Positions 28,027-37,502 are shown, counted from the first letter of the stretch. The stretch is 64,000 nucleotides of DNA from Candidatus Thermofontivivens primus (GCA_031458695.1 JAVKJW010000001.1:256001-320000); one strand, 5' to 3'. A program made the numbers and translations. The notes: generated by a model not told the origin, from the letters alone.

Positions 28027-30776
28027 CAATCACGCAGCCGCAGTTCCTCTTCCTCCTCCTGGTCCTGGTTGCCGTCGTCATTGCATCTCACAGGAAGCGA
28101 GTTTCCCATCTCCGCTGGGTCCTTCCTCTCCGCGTCCTCCTCCTCACCCTTCTGATCCTCTCCCTGGCCGGGTTGGCAGTTCCTGGCCTGGCCCGATCCC
28201 TCACGGTGATCTTCCTCGTCGACGCCTCCGATAGCATAGATGCACGAGCAAGGCAGGTTGCTGCAGGTTTCCTGAACCGCGCAGTGGAGCTCCTTCCCCC
28301 GCAGGGCCGTGCGGGGCTCGTCGTGTTCGCAGGAAGACCGCTCGTGGTCTCCGCGCCAACAAATTCCCTGCAAGTCACAGGTCTTCCGCCTGCGCCGGAG
28401 CCAACCTCTACGGACATCGGCGCAGCCCTCCAGGTCGCCCTCGATCTCCTTCCCGCCGAAGGGGGAAGGCGTATCATCCTCCTCAGCGATGGAGGGCATA
28501 ACGCCGGAGACTTAGAGGCTTCCCTGCGAAGGGCTCAGGCGGAGAGGGTGGAAGTCTCGGTGTTTCCCCTCACCCGCCTCCTCCGGCCGGAGGCTTTCGT
28601 GGACCGTATCCTCGCTCCAGACCGGGTGAACGCCGGGGAGCTCTTCTCGGTGACGGCTGTGGTGGAATCTACAGATCCTCAGACGGCTCAAGTGCGCCTG
28701 ATCAGGGATGGAAGGGTCCTCGCCGAGAGGTCCATCGCTCTTGGCCCGGGCCAGACGTTCGTTTCGTTCACGCAGCATGCCCTTGCACCTGGGCTCCTCC
28801 GGTATGAGGTAGAAGTCCTTCCAGCGCGCGATGGCATCCCGGAAAACAACAGGGGGCTGGGGTTCGTTCGTGTGGAGGGGAAACCGGAGGTCCTCTATCT
28901 CTCCGATTCTCCCGGCCCACTCCAGGAAATCCTGGCCCGCCAGGGGTTTACAGTACACACCGCCCGCCCCGAGGAACTTCCCTCCGCTGCTTCTGAGCTC
29001 CTCCCCTATCGTGCTGTGGTGTTGGATGACGTCCCCGCTACCGGCCTCTCCCGTATGCAAATGGAGGCCCTCCGGAACTACGTGGGTGAGATGGGTGGAG
29101 GGCTTGTGGCGTTCGGTGGGCCGCACAGCTTCGGCGCCGGGGGATACCACGGCACGCCCCTGGAGGAAACTCTCCCCGTCTCCATGGATGTCCGTCACCG
29201 CCTCGTCTTCCCTTCACTCGCCATCGTCCTCGTCCTGGACACTTCTGGGAGCATGGGTGGGTTTGGGAACGAACCAGCCAAAGTGGAGCTAGCTAAGGAG
29301 GCTGCAGCAAGCGTGGTGGATCTCCTCCGGGAACAAGATCTCATCGGGGTGATCACTTTCGACCAAGAATACCGCTGGCTTGTGCCGCTCGTAGAAGCAA
29401 GCCGTCGCAAGGAGATCGAGGAGAAGATCCTCCAGCTCCGGGCAGGAGGCGGGACGAACATGTACCCTGCCCTGGCCGCAGCGAAGGAGGCCCTGGAGAC
29501 TGCGCCGGCCCGGGTGAAGCATGTCATCGTCCTCTCCGACGGGCAGACCGATCCAGGGGAGTTTGGAACCCTCGTTCAGGAGATGGCCCAAAAGAAAATC
29601 ACGGTGACCGCAGTAGCCATTGGCAACGATGCCGATACCCGGTTCATGCGCCAGCTCTCGATGTGGGGGCGGGGCCGGTATTATTATGCGAAGGACCCTT
29701 ATACCATTCCCCTGATCCTGGCCGCGGAAGCGATGGTGGCGACGAAGGCGTACATTGTAGAGGAGCCATTCACGCCAGAAATTGTGGAGGGAGGGGAGAT
29801 CCTCTCTCGCACCGGACCCCTGCCCCCTCTGGGCGGATACGTGGCCACCACGCCCAAACCCGCAAGCCAGGTGATCCTCACCTCCCCGCAGAAGGACCCT
29901 GTGTTGGCAGCATGGCAGTATGGCCTCGGTCGTGCCGTTGCCTTCACCTCCGACGCGCGCGCACGCTGGACAGAGTCTTGGCTGGCTTCGCCGGACGCCG
30001 TGAGAATCTGGACGCAGGCAGTCCGCTGGGTTCTCCGTCGTGAGGCAGGAGGGCTTGAGGTTGCCACCGCAGTGGAGGGCAGGAAGGGCAAGATCGTGTT
30101 GGATGCACGGGACCTCTCAGGGAACCCCATCGTAGACGTGGAGGTCCATGCACGCCTCCTCGAGCCATCCGGAGGCACCCGCTCCATCCGGCTTGTGCAA
30201 ACAAGCCCCGGGTGGTATGAGGGGGAGATCGATCTGCACGAAGAAGGGGGATATGTGGCTACCGTAGAGGTGCGGAAGGGAGGGAGGGTCGTCGGGGTGA
30301 AGACGGTGACCATGGCCCTCCCATATTCTCCCGAGCTCCGCGCGGAGGAGAGAGCACGCTTTGTGTTGGGTCGGATCGTGGAGGCAACTGGGGGAAAGTT
30401 CCTGGCTGATCCTGCTCAGGCGGTGGAGCTCGCAGAACCCCAGGGTCGCCAAGCCAAGGAGATCTGGAGGTGGCTCGTCGTAGGGAGCCTCGTCCTCCTC
30501 GTCGGTGAGGTGGCAACCCGGAAAGCCCCAGCCATCCGGGCTGCGCTGGTTCCACTTGCTGGCGCCCTCCGCGGAGAGCGCTGGAAGAGGGAGACGTGGG
30601 AAGACGAGGAGGACCGAGCCTATACAGAGGCGGACAGGTGGCGGGTTGTGGAGTCTGCGAGGGAGGAGATGCAGATCAGCTCCATGGAGCACGCGGCCAG
30701 GTTGTACATCGCCAAGCTGAAGATGAGGCAAGGACTTCCCCCGAAGGACGAGGAGGGAGAGCTGAGGCCCCGGTGA
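28023..30776 (+). CDS. Double-VWA membrane protein with a glutamine-amidotransferase-like domain
   Basis: DASDS/LSDG and DTSGSM/LSDG MIDAS pairs, GGGLVAFGGPHSFGAGGY and WQYGLGRAVAFTSD. Confidence 0.88.
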   Translation: MTITQPQFLFLLLVLVAVVIASHRKRVSHLRWVLPLRVLLLTLLILSLAGLAVPGLARSLTVIFLVDASDSIDARARQVAAGFLNRAVELLPPQGRAGLVVFAGRPLVVSAPTNSLQVTGLPPAPEPTSTDIGAALQVALDLLPAEGGRRIILLSDGGHNAGDLEASLRRAQAERVEVSVFPLTRLLRPEAFVDRILAPDRVNAGELFSVTAVVESTDPQTAQVRLIRDGRVLAERSIALGPGQTFVSFTQHALAPGLLRYEVEVLPARDGIPENNRGLGFVRVEGKPEVLYLSDSPGPLQEILARQGFTVHTARPEELPSAASELLPYRAVVLDDVPATGLSRMQMEALRNYVGEMGGGLVAFGGPHSFGAGGYHGTPLEETLPVSMDVRHRLVFPSLAIVLVLDTSGSMGGFGNEPAKVELAKEAAASVVDLLREQDLIGVITFDQEYRWLVPLVEASRRKEIEEKILQLRAGGGTNMYPALAAAKEALETAPARVKHVIVLSDGQTDPGEFGTLVQEMAQKKITVTAVAIGNDADTRFMRQLSMWGRGRYYYAKDPYTIPLILAAEAMVATKAYIVEEPFTPEIVEGGEILSRTGPLPPLGGYVATTPKPASQVILTSPQKDPVLAAWQYGLGRAVAFTSDARARWTESWLASPDAVRIWTQAVRWVLRREAGGLEVATAVEGRKGKIVLDARDLSGNPIVDVEVHARLLEPSGGTRSIRLVQTSPGWYEGEIDLHEEGGYVATVEVRKGGRVVGVKTVTMALPYSPELRAEERARFVLGRIVEATGGKFLADPAQAVELAEPQGRQAKEIWRWLVVGSLVLLVGEVATRKAPAIRAALVPLAGALRGERWKRETWEDEEDRAYTEADRWRVVESAREEMQISSMEHAARLYIAKLKMRQGLPPKDEEGELRPR

Positions 30777-31531
30777 TCGAGGAAAAGATCCAGCGCGCTG
30801 CTGAGCTCATTGTCAGCTCCCGATATGCTGTTGCCCTGACCGGTGCAGGGGTGAGCACAGAATCGGGATTGCCGGACTTCCGGTCCCAGGAGGGTTTGTG
30901 GCGTCAATATGACCCCTCTGAGGTTGCTACCCTTTCCACATTTTACAGGGATCCCCACAAGTTCTACGCCTTCTACCGCCACCGCTTGGCGCTCCTCCGG
31001 GAGGCCAAGCCAAATCCTGCGCATTATGCGCTGGCGCGCCTTGAAGCCCTTGGGAAACTCCATGTGGTGGTGACCCAGAATGTGGATGGGCTGCACCAGC
31101 AAGCGGGATCGCAGCGTGTCCTGGAAGTGCACGGAAACCTTCGTGAGGCGAGGTGCACTGGGTGTGGGAAAATGTTCCCCATCCACGTCCTCGATCCCTT
31201 CCTCGAGCGCGCCGAGATCCCCACGTGTGATTCCTGCGGGAGCGCCTTGAAGCCAAACGTTGTCCTGTTTGAGGAACTCCTTCCTGTGGAGGTGTTCGAG
31301 GAAGCCGAGGCGAGTTGCCGTCGGTGCGATCTTCTGCTCGTTGTGGGTTCCTCCCTCCAGGTAACTCCCGTTGCCTATCTCCCGCACGTGGCGATCCGCC
31401 ATGGTGCCCGTCTGATCCTGGTGAACGCTGAGGAAACCCCTGTGGACAAGTTTGCCGATGTCGTCCTCCGCGGAAAGGCTGGTGTGCTTCTCCCCCGCCT
31501 CGTGGAGGAGGTAGAAAGGCGCCTCGCCTGA
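30773..31531 (+). CDS. cobB: NAD-dependent protein deacylase (sirtuin)
   Basis: TGAGVSTESGLPDFR, TQNVDGLH, HGN, two CxxC pairs and GSSLQV. GTGA overlap start. Confidence 0.93.
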   Translation: MIEEKIQRAAELIVSSRYAVALTGAGVSTESGLPDFRSQEGLWRQYDPSEVATLSTFYRDPHKFYAFYRHRLALLREAKPNPAHYALARLEALGKLHVVVTQNVDGLHQQAGSQRVLEVHGNLREARCTGCGKMFPIHVLDPFLERAEIPTCDSCGSALKPNVVLFEELLPVEVFEEAEASCRRCDLLLVVGSSLQVTPVAYLPHVAIRHGARLILVNAEETPVDKFADVVLRGKAGVLLPRLVEEVERRLA

Positions 31532-31613
31532 GGAAGGAATTCTTTCCCCGCCCAACAAAATTTCATGCCATGCGACCTGAGGAAGATTCCCAAGGGATGT
31601 GGAGGTGCTGCCC

Positions 31614-32420
31614 ATGCCGGAAGCAGAAATTGGGGTATTCGGAGGTTCAGGATTCTACGCGCTGCTGGAGGAGGTCGAAGAGCATCCCATCGAGACTCCT
31701 TATGGTCCACCCAGCGATGTGGTGGTGATTGGGGAGGTGGCAGGCCGGAAGGTAGCATTCCTGCCGAGACACGGTCGGAGGCACCAGATCCCTCCCCATG
31801 CCATCAACTACCGGGCCAATGTCTACGCTATGAAGATGCTGGGTGTGCAAAGGATCATCGGCCCGTGTGCTGCAGGCAGCCTCCAGCCCCATGTGCGCCC
31901 TGGGGATTTTGTGATCTGCGACCAGTTTGTGGACAGGACCTCAGGCCGCAAGGACACCTTCTATGACGGCCCGATCACCACGCACGTGAGTACCGCTGAT
32001 CCATACTGCCCCCAGCTGCGCGCACTGGCCATTGCCACGGCGAGAGAGCTCCAGCTCCCCGTTCACGAGAGAGGGACGGTCGTGGTGATTCAGGGGCCGC
32101 GTTTCTCCACCAGGGCGGAGAGCCGCTGGTACCGCTCCCAAGGATGGGAGGTGATCAACATGACCCAATACCCTGAATGCGTGCTCGCGCGGGAGCTGGA
32201 GATGTGCTACGTGAACATCTCCTTGATCACGGACTACGATGTGGGACTGGAGGGGGAGCCTGGGATCACTCCCGTGACCGCAGAGGAAGTGATGCGCGCC
32301 TTCCGAGCGAATAACGAGCGCCTCCGTGAGCTGATCCTGCGCCTTATTGCCAAGATCCCCCGGGAGCGGCAGGACTGTCCTTGTGCTTCGGCATTGCAGC
32401 ATGCTCGGGTGCACGCATGA
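31614..32420 (+). CDS. mtnP: S-methyl-5'-thioadenosine phosphorylase
   Basis: GGSG, FLPRHG, INYRAN, GPRFSTRAES, INMT and TDYD. Confidence 0.9.
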   Translation: MPEAEIGVFGGSGFYALLEEVEEHPIETPYGPPSDVVVIGEVAGRKVAFLPRHGRRHQIPPHAINYRANVYAMKMLGVQRIIGPCAAGSLQPHVRPGDFVICDQFVDRTSGRKDTFYDGPITTHVSTADPYCPQLRALAIATARELQLPVHERGTVVVIQGPRFSTRAESRWYRSQGWEVINMTQYPECVLARELEMCYVNISLITDYDVGLEGEPGITPVTAEEVMRAFRANNERLRELILRLIAKIPRERQDCPCASALQHARVHA

Positions 32421-32464
32421 GGGAGGAATTGTAAAGGAAATGAACTTTACATAGGAGGAAGGAG

Positions 32465-32740
32465 ATGGAGGAACGTCGCCAGGAGGCAGTCGGGAAGTGG
32501 TTGGGGATCGCCGTGTTCGTTGTGGGGATCCTCTTGCTAGCCCTCGTGTTCTTTCTCGCGTACCGGGATATCGTGGGGGAGAGCGGGCTCCTCACACTCG
32601 GGAGCAGTGGAGGACGCCCTGTGACGGAGGTTGTCTGGATCCTCGTCGTACGGGTTCTCTTCCTCTTCCTCATGGGATATCTCGCTTCGGTGATCGCGGC
32701 CAGGGGAATTGCCATGTACCAGGCATCGCGCGAGGGATGA
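32465..32740 (+). CDS. Small two-TM hypothetical protein
   Basis: Strong SD, two hydrophobic helices, and it fills the gap between mtnP and ltaE. Confidence 0.65.
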   Translation: MEERRQEAVGKWLGIAVFVVGILLLALVFFLAYRDIVGESGLLTLGSSGGRPVTEVVWILVVRVLFLFLMGYLASVIAARGIAMYQASREG

Positions 32741-32768
32741 GGGAGCCATACTGGGGAGGTAAGAGGAG

Positions 32769-33806
32769 ATGCCCATCATTGACCTGCGGAGCGACACGGT
32801 GACCCAGCCTACAGAGGAGATGCGTGAGGCCATGGCCCGGGCGGAAGTGGGGGATGATGTTTATGGGGAAGACCCCACAGTGAATGCGTTGGAGGAGCTG
32901 GCTGCGCAGAAGGTCGGTAAGGAACGAGCGTTGTTTGTTCCTAGCGGGACCATGGGGAATCTCGTCGCTGTGCTAACGCACACCCAAAGGGGAGATGAGG
33001 TCCTGCTCGAGGCGGAGTCCCACATCTATTATTATGAGGTGGGAGGCCTCTCCGCCGTTGCTGGGACAATCCCACGTCTGATCCAGGGCGACCATGGATG
33101 GATCTCCCCTGAGCAACTGGAAGCTCACATCCGGCCACGCGATCTTCACTTCCCCCCGCCGCGGCTCCTCTGCCTCGAGAACACCCACAACAGAGCCGGC
33201 GGGAGAGCCTTCACCCCAGAACAGATCACGCGCACCTGTGCGGTCGCTCGGCGCTATGGGTTGAAGATCCACCTCGATGGGGCGCGCATCTTCAACGCTA
33301 GTGTCGCCCTCGGCGTGGATGCCCGTGCGCTCACGCGGGATGTGGATTCCGTAATGTTCTGTCTCTCGAAGGGACTCTCCGCCCCTGTGGGTTCCATCCT
33401 CGCAGGGGAGCGGGAGTTCATTGAAAGAGCGCGGAAGGCGCGGAAGATGCTCGGCGGTGGGATGCGCCAGGCTGGGGTCCTCGCGGCCTGCGGGATCATC
33501 GCCTTGGAGACGATGATCCCGCGGTTGGCAGAAGATCACCGGAGGGCGAGGATGCTGGCAACTGGGCTTGCGAGAATTCCGGGTCTCTCCGTGGACGTGG
33601 AGGGTGTACAGACCAACATCGTGTTGGTGGAGATCGAAGGTCCTGACGGGGATGCGAGGGAAGTCGTCCAGCGGCTCAGATCGTTTGGGATCTTGGTCAA
33701 CGCGGTGGGGAAGCGAACGATCCGCCTTGTGACCCACCGCCACATTACCGACGAGGATGTGGAAAAGACGCTGGAGGCATTCTCAGCAGCAACGAAATCT
33801 CTCTGA
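32769..33806 (+). CDS. ltaE: Low-specificity L-threonine aldolase
   Basis: [30 protein letters not shown] and CLSKGL (PLP lysine). Confidence 0.94.
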   Translation: MPIIDLRSDTVTQPTEEMREAMARAEVGDDVYGEDPTVNALEELAAQKVGKERALFVPSGTMGNLVAVLTHTQRGDEVLLEAESHIYYYEVGGLSAVAGTIPRLIQGDHGWISPEQLEAHIRPRDLHFPPPRLLCLENTHNRAGGRAFTPEQITRTCAVARRYGLKIHLDGARIFNASVALGVDARALTRDVDSVMFCLSKGLSAPVGSILAGEREFIERARKARKMLGGGMRQAGVLAACGIIALETMIPRLAEDHRRARMLATGLARIPGLSVDVEGVQTNIVLVEIEGPDGDAREVVQRLRSFGILVNAVGKRTIRLVTHRHITDEDVEKTLEAFSAATKSL

Positions 33807-33894
33807 TGAGATTTTGCTGGGGACTTTTCTAGGGATGCTTCCCATGGGGTCTATGGACCCGAAAGGACCATACAAAAATTTTTCCAACACAAGC

Positions 33895-33920
33895 AGGAGA
33901 AACCGAACATAGGAGCGAAT
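33895..33920 (+). promoter_or_regulatory. SigH-like promoter of the small basic protein gene
   Basis: GCAGGAGAAA: AGGA (33895)-N18-GAAT (33917), the same geometry as the site upstream of spoVS. Confidence 0.5.
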
Positions 33921-33989
33921 ACTATACACGAACTATCAAGGCGAAAGCCTTGGCGCACCAAACTCCATCAACGAAAGGGGGAGCGACTC

Positions 33990-34082
33990 GTGGCAGCGAA
34001 GGCAACCGCCAAGAAGGCTGCAGCGAAGAAGGCACCTGCCAAGAAGGCTGCGGCCAAGAAGGCGACGAAGAAGAAGAAGTAG
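33990..34082 (+). CDS. 30-aa Lys/Ala-rich histone-H1-like peptide (MAAKATAKKAAAKKAPAKKAAAKKATKKKK)
   Basis: GTG start 7 nt after SD AAAGGGGGA, all Lys codons AAG, TAG stop, then an intrinsic terminator. It is below the ORF-track length cutoff. Confidence 0.8.
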   Translation: MAAKATAKKAAAKKAPAKKAAAKKATKKKK

Positions 34083-34100
34083 GGAAGATCTCTTCCTCAG

Positions 34101-34138
34101 AGAAAAGAGCGCTGCGCTGCAGTGCTCTTTTCTTTTTT
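34101..34138 (+). terminator. Intrinsic terminator, possibly bidirectional
   Basis: Stem AGAAAAGAGCGCTGC/GCAGTGCTCTTTTCT followed by a T run, between convergent genes. Confidence 0.85.
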
Positions 34139-34185
34139 ACCCCTCAGAACCAAGCAAACAACTTCCGACTTCTGCTGGAGCTCCT

Positions 34186-35451
34186 TTAAAATTGGCGGCG
34201 GAGCCCAAAGCCAATGACAGATTGCCGGAGGAGGTTGTCGACCCGGAGGGTGAGGGAGAGGTTCTCGGCGATGCGATACCTCCCGTACAAGTTCAGACGG
34301 AGCGCGTTGGGGTTGGCCAGGTCGAACCCAAGGGTTGTGAGAGGGTCAAGGATATAGTCCATCCCGATTCCGATTTGCGAGTCCACGATTCCATATCGGC
34401 CCACGAGATGGCTGTTCAACCGTTGGCCGATCTGCATGTGAAAGAGGTTCTCCCCGCCGACGTCGCGGATGCCCATGCGATAGAACCTCTCTGCTTCAGG
34501 GAGCACGAGGAGATCGAGGTCGCTGCGCAACCGCCCGCCGCCGTACCAGAGTTCTAGCTCAGCCCTGTACGTGGGCGCCTGAGAGATCCCCGGGATGGGG
34601 AAAGGGGACCTTTCCATCCGGGTGAGCCACTGGTTCGCTTGGCGAACCGCCTGGCGTGCTTCCTTGATGAGGTCCTTCACTGCCTTCACTTCCTCGTCGT
34701 TGATAAGACCATGGAGGCTCTCAGCCATCTCCTCCACCCTCCGACTGGTGCGCTCGAGAGAAGCGACGGTGGAGCGAACCTGCCGGGCGAGCTCACCATC
34801 ACCGGCGATGGCCTGGACGATGGCGCGAACTTGGTGTGCGGCAACCGCAAGGTCGTTGGCCATTGCCCGCAGGGAAGCTGCAGTGCCTCCCACATCCTCG
34901 GTGAGAATGCGCTCCAGGCGCCTTGTGGCGTGGTCTACGTTCCGCACAATCTGTTTGAGACCTTCTTGGAGCTCCCGGTCCCCTACCACTTCACGGATCG
35001 AGGAGATCAACCCCTGGACTTCCCTGGAGATTGCGTCCACGCGGGTGTACAGGTCCTCGAGGGTGAACGGCGCCTCGCCTGTCACCTCGCTGTTCGGGGG
35101 GAGGGGTTCTGCGAAGGCAGGGCCCGGGGAGACGGTCACAATGCGATCCCCCAGAAGGCCTACGGAGGCGATGGTGAACTTCGATCCCTGGGGGATCCGC
35201 ACGTGCGGTTCAATGAGCAGGGTTACGGCGGCGCGATACTCAGGGGTAAGCTCAATGCGCTGGACGCGGCCGATGGTCACACCGGACATCTGCACAGAGG
35301 ATCCAATTTGGAGACCGGCGACGGTGGGGAAGATGACGCGCACGAGGTAGCCTCTCTCCCTGAGAATACCCCCACGGAGGAAAGAGATGAACAGGAGGAG
35401 GATGAGAATGGCCGCCACGGTGACGAGACCGACTTTCGCCTCTGTTTTCAT
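34186..35451 (-). CDS. mlaD: Long MlaD/MCE protein with helical stalk and beta-rich C-terminus
   Basis: MKTEAKVG plus TM, MCE domain (GLQIGSSVQMSGVTIGRV, GLLGD), a coiled region and a terminal Phe. Confidence 0.88.
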   Translation of the reverse strand: MKTEAKVGLVTVAAILILLLFISFLRGGILRERGYLVRVIFPTVAGLQIGSSVQMSGVTIGRVQRIELTPEYRAAVTLLIEPHVRIPQGSKFTIASVGLLGDRIVTVSPGPAFAEPLPPNSEVTGEAPFTLEDLYTRVDAISREVQGLISSIREVVGDRELQEGLKQIVRNVDHATRRLERILTEDVGGTAASLRAMANDLAVAAHQVRAIVQAIAGDGELARQVRSTVASLERTSRRVEEMAESLHGLINDEEVKAVKDLIKEARQAVRQANQWLTRMERSPFPIPGISQAPTYRAELELWYGGGRLRSDLDLLVLPEAERFYRMGIRDVGGENLFHMQIGQRLNSHLVGRYGIVDSQIGIGMDYILDPLTTLGFDLANPNALRLNLYGRYRIAENLSLTLRVDNLLRQSVIGFGLRRQF

Positions 35452-35482
35452 CGAACTCACCCGGCTCACTTGGTTTGGGAGC

Positions 35483-35563
35483 CCCGGTGAAATCTTTTGA
35501 CAAGATTTCGCTGGGAACCTCTGAGAGAGCCCCCAGCAAATGTCAAGAGACTTTTGGCGGGGG
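35483..35563. repeat. Two tandem REP-like palindromes
   Basis: CCCGGTGAAATCTT/AAGATTTCGCTGGG and CCCCCAGCAAA.../...TTTGGCGGGGG. Confidence 0.65.
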
Positions 35564-36298
35564 AGTTCCCGCTTGGAGAAATCGGATGACGACGGGATTC
35601 TTGGAGTTCCGGATCTCTTCCCGCGTCCCCACCTCGATGATCCTCCCCTCATCTAGCACTGCGATGCGGTCGGCCACAGAGAACGCTGTGTGGAGGTCAT
35701 GCGTGACCACAAGGGAGGTAACGCCCAGCTCTCGCCGCAAGCGCAGGATCAACTCGTCGATGGCGCGGCTCATGATAGGGTCCAGCCCTGCCGTAGGCTC
35801 ATCGTAAAGGAGGATCTCTGGCTCTAAGACCAGGGCCCTGGCAATGGCGACGCGCTTGCGCATCCCGCCGCTCAGCTCCGACGGGAAGAGGTGCTCTGTG
35901 CCTTCCATTCCGACCATCGTTAATTTCTCACGGACGAGGCGTTGCACTTCCCATTCGGGGAGCTTGCGGTGCTGGCGGAGAGGGAATGCCACGTTCTCCC
36001 CTACGGTCATGGAATCGAACAGGGCGGATGTCTGGAAGACGATCCCGATCCGCTGGCGCAGCCGGTTGAGCTCCCTCTCGTGCAAGGAGTGGATCCTCTG
36101 GCCGTCCACGAGCACCTCGCCTGCATCAGGGTGGAGCAGCCCGATAAGGTGCTTGAGAAGAACAGTCTTGCCGCACCCACTCGGTCCCATGATCACCATG
36201 ATCTCTCCGGGATAGACCTCTAGGTGAATGTCTTCCAGTGCCTTCCGGTCCCCAAAACTTTTGTAGAGTCCCACGATTCGTATGAGTGGTTCGCCCAT
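35543..36298 (-). CDS. mlaF: MlaF/Mkl ABC ATP-binding protein
   Basis: GPSGCGKT, ALFDSMTVGENVAF, LSGGMRKRV and YDEPTAGLDP. Confidence 0.92.
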   Translation of the reverse strand: MGEPLIRIVGLYKSFGDRKALEDIHLEVYPGEIMVIMGPSGCGKTVLLKHLIGLLHPDAGEVLVDGQRIHSLHERELNRLRQRIGIVFQTSALFDSMTVGENVAFPLRQHRKLPEWEVQRLVREKLTMVGMEGTEHLFPSELSGGMRKRVAIARALVLEPEILLYDEPTAGLDPIMSRAIDELILRLRRELGVTSLVVTHDLHTAFSVADRIAVLDEGRIIEVGTREEIRNSKNPVVIRFLQAGTPPPKVS

Positions 36299-36347
36299 CC
36301 TGCATGCACCTGCTAGGTGTCATTGGAACAAGAACGATTCCGCGCAG

Positions 36348-36390
36348 GGATCCCCAGCAAAATCTCAACGAGAGCTTTTGCTGGGGATCC
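36348..36390. repeat. REP-like extragenic palindrome
   Basis: Perfect 15-bp arms GGATCCCCAGCAAAA/TTTTGCTGGGGATCC directly after the mlaE stop. Confidence 0.7.
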
Positions 36391-37167
36391 TCAGTAGAGC
36401 AAGACGTCGAGAAAATAGTTGCCGATCAAGATGACCACAATCGCTGCCACGACAGCCGAGGTCGTGGACCGTCCCACTCCCATTGCGCCGCCCGTGGTGG
36501 TGATTCCCCGAAGACAGCCGATGATGGCAATGATGACCCCGAAGACCAAAGCCTTCATCAGGCCCCCAGTAAGGTCGTAGAGGTCCAAGAACCGGCGGAT
36601 CGATTCTATGTAGATCTCCGGCCCGACCCCCTGGAGGGTGGCGATCCAGAACCCCCCGACGGACCCGAGGAGGTTGCTGAACAGGGTGAGCGCAGGGAGC
36701 ATCACAAGGCAGGCATTCAACCGCGGGACAACGAGGTAACGGACGGGATCGATGCCGAGAGCGCGGAGTGCATCGATTTGTTCCGTTACCGCCATGGTAC
36801 CGATTTCTGCGGCGAACCCGGCTCCCACCCGGCCGGCGATGACCACGGCCGTGAAGACTGGCGCTGCCTCCCTCGCCATGGTGACCGCCACAAGCCCCCC
36901 GATGAATCCCTGGGCGCCGAACTGGAGGAACTGGCGGGAGGTCTGGAAAGCAAGGACCATGCCCGAGAACAGGCCTGTGATGATCACGATGGGCAGTGAC
37001 TCCACCCCCACCCGGGCCATCTGGGTCACGGTTTGCTGGAGCTCCCAGCGACCGCGGACTAGCCACCCTACGGATTGCCCGAGGAGATCGAAGACCTTGA
37101 TAATCTGCCGTAGGAGGGCGAGCGTTGCCCGCCCGGTTTGGTCGAGGAACGCGAGGACGAAGTGCAT
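36391..37167 (-). CDS. mlaE: MlaE ABC permease
   Basis: REAAPV, AGRVGAGFAAEIGTMAVTEQIDAL and GVGRSTT. Start ATG 37167 with SD. Confidence 0.93.
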   Translation of the reverse strand: MHFVLAFLDQTGRATLALLRQIIKVFDLLGQSVGWLVRGRWELQQTVTQMARVGVESLPIVIITGLFSGMVLAFQTSRQFLQFGAQGFIGGLVAVTMAREAAPVFTAVVIAGRVGAGFAAEIGTMAVTEQIDALRALGIDPVRYLVVPRLNACLVMLPALTLFSNLLGSVGGFWIATLQGVGPEIYIESIRRFLDLYDLTGGLMKALVFGVIIAIIGCLRGITTTGGAMGVGRSTTSAVVAAIVVILIGNYFLDVLLY

Positions 37168-37236
37168 ATTCCCTCTCCCGCCCTCTTGGTGGGTGCTCAT
37201 GGATCCCCGGGTACACTGTATCACAAAACACTTTCC

Positions 37237-37266
37237 TTGACGATGCAGGCTTCCATTTTTTATAAT
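37237..37266 (+). promoter_or_regulatory. Sigma70-type promoter of the T-box/tRNA-Ala/leuS transcript
   Basis: TTGACG-N18-TATAAT, 12 nt before T-box Stem I. Confidence 0.8.
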
Positions 37267-37502
37267 CATTCCACGAAAGGCAATGAACGGGAGTAGTAAG
37301 GGCGGTTCTTCCCTTTGCGACCTCTCAAGCGAGCGGGGACTGGTGGAAGCCCGTGGGAAGCCGTTCCTGAACTCGCCCGGGAGCTGCGCGGCTGAACTCC
37401 CAAGAAGGGATGCGTAATCCGCGCCGCGGCCGGCGTTAGGGGCAATGAGTGGACAGATCCGGGCCCTTGAATGGGTGTCTATGCCCAGATGGGCGAGGAC
37501 TT

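Noticed and set aside
33950..34189. 79-aa ORF with EEG repeats from the ORF track
   Set aside because: It is an alternative frame of the Lys/Ala peptide, runs through the terminator and lacks an SD.
5169..36390. CRISPR array built from the palindromic repeats
   Set aside because: The copies are dispersed and variable, with no regular spacers and no cas genes.
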